The position numbers and the translations under genes are program-made. A stretch of DNA of 63,442 bases, filler included, from Rhabdomonas costata (lineage: Eukaryota), in assembly GCA_019059605.1 (NCBI GenBank). It is 48 parts of 48 records of this genome, joined end to end, with 100 filler letters (N's around TTAATTAATTAA, not from the genome) between each part and the next. Parts side by side here need not be neighbours in the genome. Positions count along the whole stretch, not along the records: positions 60,897 to 62,119 come from JAHMHO010022982.1; positions 62,220 to 63,442 come from JAHMHO010022983.1; 46 more parts are not named here. One strand, written 5' to 3'. The notes under the pieces are model-generated. The model did no database searches, was not told the origin of the DNA, and saw nothing but the letters and a program-made list of their open reading frames with translations. This document shows, in pieces, positions 61,260 to 63,442 of the stretch. Numbering within the stretch: position 1 is the first letter of the stretch; each line of letters begins with the position of its first letter.

Positions 61260-61647
61260 CTTGCGGTCCACCATGTACTGCATCTGCAGGTAGCCGTGGT
61301 TCACGCGGTTATCTTTCTTGATCTGAGGGCCCTTCTGGGACGGCTCACGGATAACGTGGAAGCCATCCTAAAGGAAATTGAGCATAAGACGCAAATCCAG
61401 AGGATTAATCTGATGCACGTGAGAAGAAATAACTTCCCGAGGCACAGGTGTGAAAAAAGCCACGGGCACGGTATCGGCCTCCTGAGGTTCGTTGATCCTT
61501 TCTTTTTATCGAAACAAAGGCACCCCCGAGGAAAAAGGGAGGACGCGCCACACCTCGTCGACCTCCGTACGGATCATGCCAAAGGCATACTCGTCGGGGT
61601 TCTTTTGGAAGGCTGCTTTTTGCAAGTCCTTCACGATGGCCGAATTT
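61260..61647 (-). CDS. UTP11: U3 snoRNP-associated protein Utp11, exons 61647-61554 and 61367-61260
   Basis: IVKDLQKAAFQKNPDEYAFGMIRTEVDE|DGFHVI..GYLQMQYMVDRK, with the Utp11 NPDE(F/Y).F.M and DG.H motifs. Confidence 0.8.
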
Positions 61648-62674
61648 CTGAGAATCGGGCGGCGGAGAACACAACACGCCGTCACACCATTTGCTAAACT
61701 AAAAGCGATTTAACCCACTCAGAAGCAATAACGCAGAGGACGGGCTAAAAAGCATTTCATGCAGAAAACATCTCCCTTAAAAAGGCAGGGCTGCACCACC
61801 AAGCATGGAGGTGTGAGCAGGAATATACAACAGCGCGCGTTTAGTATTAAATCCAAAATCGGAAACCGACCATGCACACGCTGCTACCCCCATTTCACCC
61901 CTATCACACACTCGTGGTAAGATTTTGCTCGCTTGACATAGTCCTTGTGCTTTTCCAAAAAGCCCAGCCCTCGCCGTTTTCGCGGTTGGACTCGCTGCGC
62001 AACAGAGGAATGAGAAAATTGCACACACCCATCCATGCACGTCAAACCACAAACCACAAACCGTTTATGAAAGGGTCCTCCATGAAAGGCTTGGTTCTAA
62101 AAGGTCACGACAGGGTGGANNNNNNNNNNNNNNNNNNNNNNNNNNNNNNNNNNNNNNNNNNNNTTAATTAATTAANNNNNNNNNNNNNNNNNNNNNNNNN
62201 NNNNNNNNNNNNNNNNNNNGGGTGGGGGGTTAGCTATCGCCACGTTAGTCTCGGTGTGAGGCTTGAAGAGCTTGTGTGTGTCGGAGATTGTGGATTCTGC
62301 GGTACCCAAGGCAGATACAGGTGTCCCTTTTCTGGTGCTAACCGGTAAGTTGCTGACACGATAAGATTGGAAATTTGCTTCCTGAACCAGTCCTAAACGC
62401 TAAACGAGTCCAACCAAGGTGAAACCACGGGCCACGCGGTGCTTCGGGAGGCGTATATTTATAAAAGGTCCCGTTGAATAGTTAAAAGCAGATACCCAAA
62501 CGGAGGCAGAAGCAGGGCGAACTCTGAAATTGAATTTCGTATACCTTTCGCCTGCCTGCCTCATGCAGTCGTTCCTTCTTCGCGTTTCGCCGATATACCG
62601 CTTTCCGTTGCTTTCCGCGCTTTCCGTCGTTTTCTATTGCATATGATTTCTTCCGTTCGTCACGTGAACCTCCA

Positions 62675-63291
62675 ATGACCCTTTCATTCCCCGCCGTTTC
62701 CCCGTCGTCCGCTGCACCCCGGGTACCGACCCTCCCCCGGGCCCATCGACGCAGTGGTTCAGCGGCTGAACCAGGTTATCGCTCCTCCCACACTTGCACT
62801 CCAAAGATCATCACCTCCGTTTGGGTTATCACCCTTTTCTGGAGCTTGGCCTCGATGCTTTCTCTGCACTTTTTACCTCAGGCTCCACCGCGCCTTCCGC
62901 AAATCCCAGTTGCCGCACCTCTCTGTCCCAAGTCATTAACCTGCCCTCCACCTTCACGGCCACCCCTCTGTTACCTGAGGCCCCAGCGCTGGTCCGGCTC
63001 TCCTCCATTGAGATCACCTTCATGGCGTACCCCGTGCGTAGGCACACACACCACCCTCTTCGTGTGGTGCTGCGGCTAGGCAACCGCACCCGCACCGGAG
63101 CTATCACCCGGCGCAGCCGCAAGGCCAGTGCTGTGGTGTGCGGGGATCTGGCCAGCGTGGCGTGGCAGGGCGAGGGTTGGGAGTTCGCTATACCCCATGT
63201 TGCGGATAGAAGCACCTGCTTTTCGGATGTCATGCTGCATCTGGAGCTTCAGGCGGTGGGGCTCTTCAGCAATACCACGCTGTCCTTCATG
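62675..63291 (+). CDS. Hypothetical protein 5' end, exons 62675-62774 and 62882-63291; possible C2-like beta domain
   Basis: ATG after a pyrimidine-rich tract. The GT-AG intron 62775-62881 joins in frame. Confidence 0.5.
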
Positions 63292-63442
63292 GTTTGCTAA
63301 TCGGGTTTTTTTTCTGGGAATGATTGGGTTGCCTTGCAAAACCTGTTTGAGGGGCAGTCCCTTGCTTCGTTGGACTTGATGGATCACTCTTATAGCCTCC
63401 TGAATCAATTTCTTGGCTGCAGGTTGTGACCACAAGGGGCAT

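Noticed and set aside
1..63442. Euglenid non-conventional introns, spliced-leader RNA, tRNA/rRNA genes and CRISPR arrays
   Set aside because: All introns I could bound on both sides are GT-AG or GC-AG. I did not recognise any SL, tRNA, rRNA or repeat-spacer array by eye.

Overview
This window is not one genomic locus. It is 48 unrelated contigs of about 1.22 kb, joined by 47 artificial 100-bp spacers (N44-TTAATTAATTAA-N44), so no gene-neighbourhood inference across spacers is valid. Contig ends carry G/T-only primer remnants (GGGTGTGTTTGG, matching a GenomePlex/WTA-type universal primer) and many terminal fold-back inverted repeats, which points to whole-genome-amplified material. Most contigs come from an intron-rich eukaryote with short GC-rich exons and spliceosomal introns. 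A protist such as a euglenid is plausible, but the sequence does not prove it. By splicing exons manually I recognise fragments of: RluA pseudouridine synthase, SNF2 ATPase, CCCH zinc finger, class III nucleotide cyclase, sterol glucosyltransferase, three ABC transporters, a PA-domain protein, a zf-CW+ARID protein, Hsp110, an RBR E3 ligase, a PRP4-like kinase, a PARP-like domain, a GH19 chitinase, a PDK1-like kinase, an F-box protein, Utp11 and an exon encoding a CbiA/CobB-like (cobyrinate a,c-diamide synthase) domain. Mobile-element relics are a Penelope-like RT, a PLE-type GIY-YIG, Ty3/Gypsy pol, a tyrosine-recombinase element and a possible CRE-like non-LTR element. Two contigs look foreign: a high-GC bacterial FN3 gene and a plant-like CACTA fragment. 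No complete multi-gene system is visible. The best leads are the eukaryotic CbiA-like exon, the PLE architecture, GC-AG introns and the GH19 gene. All family calls are motif recognition by eye, not database searches.
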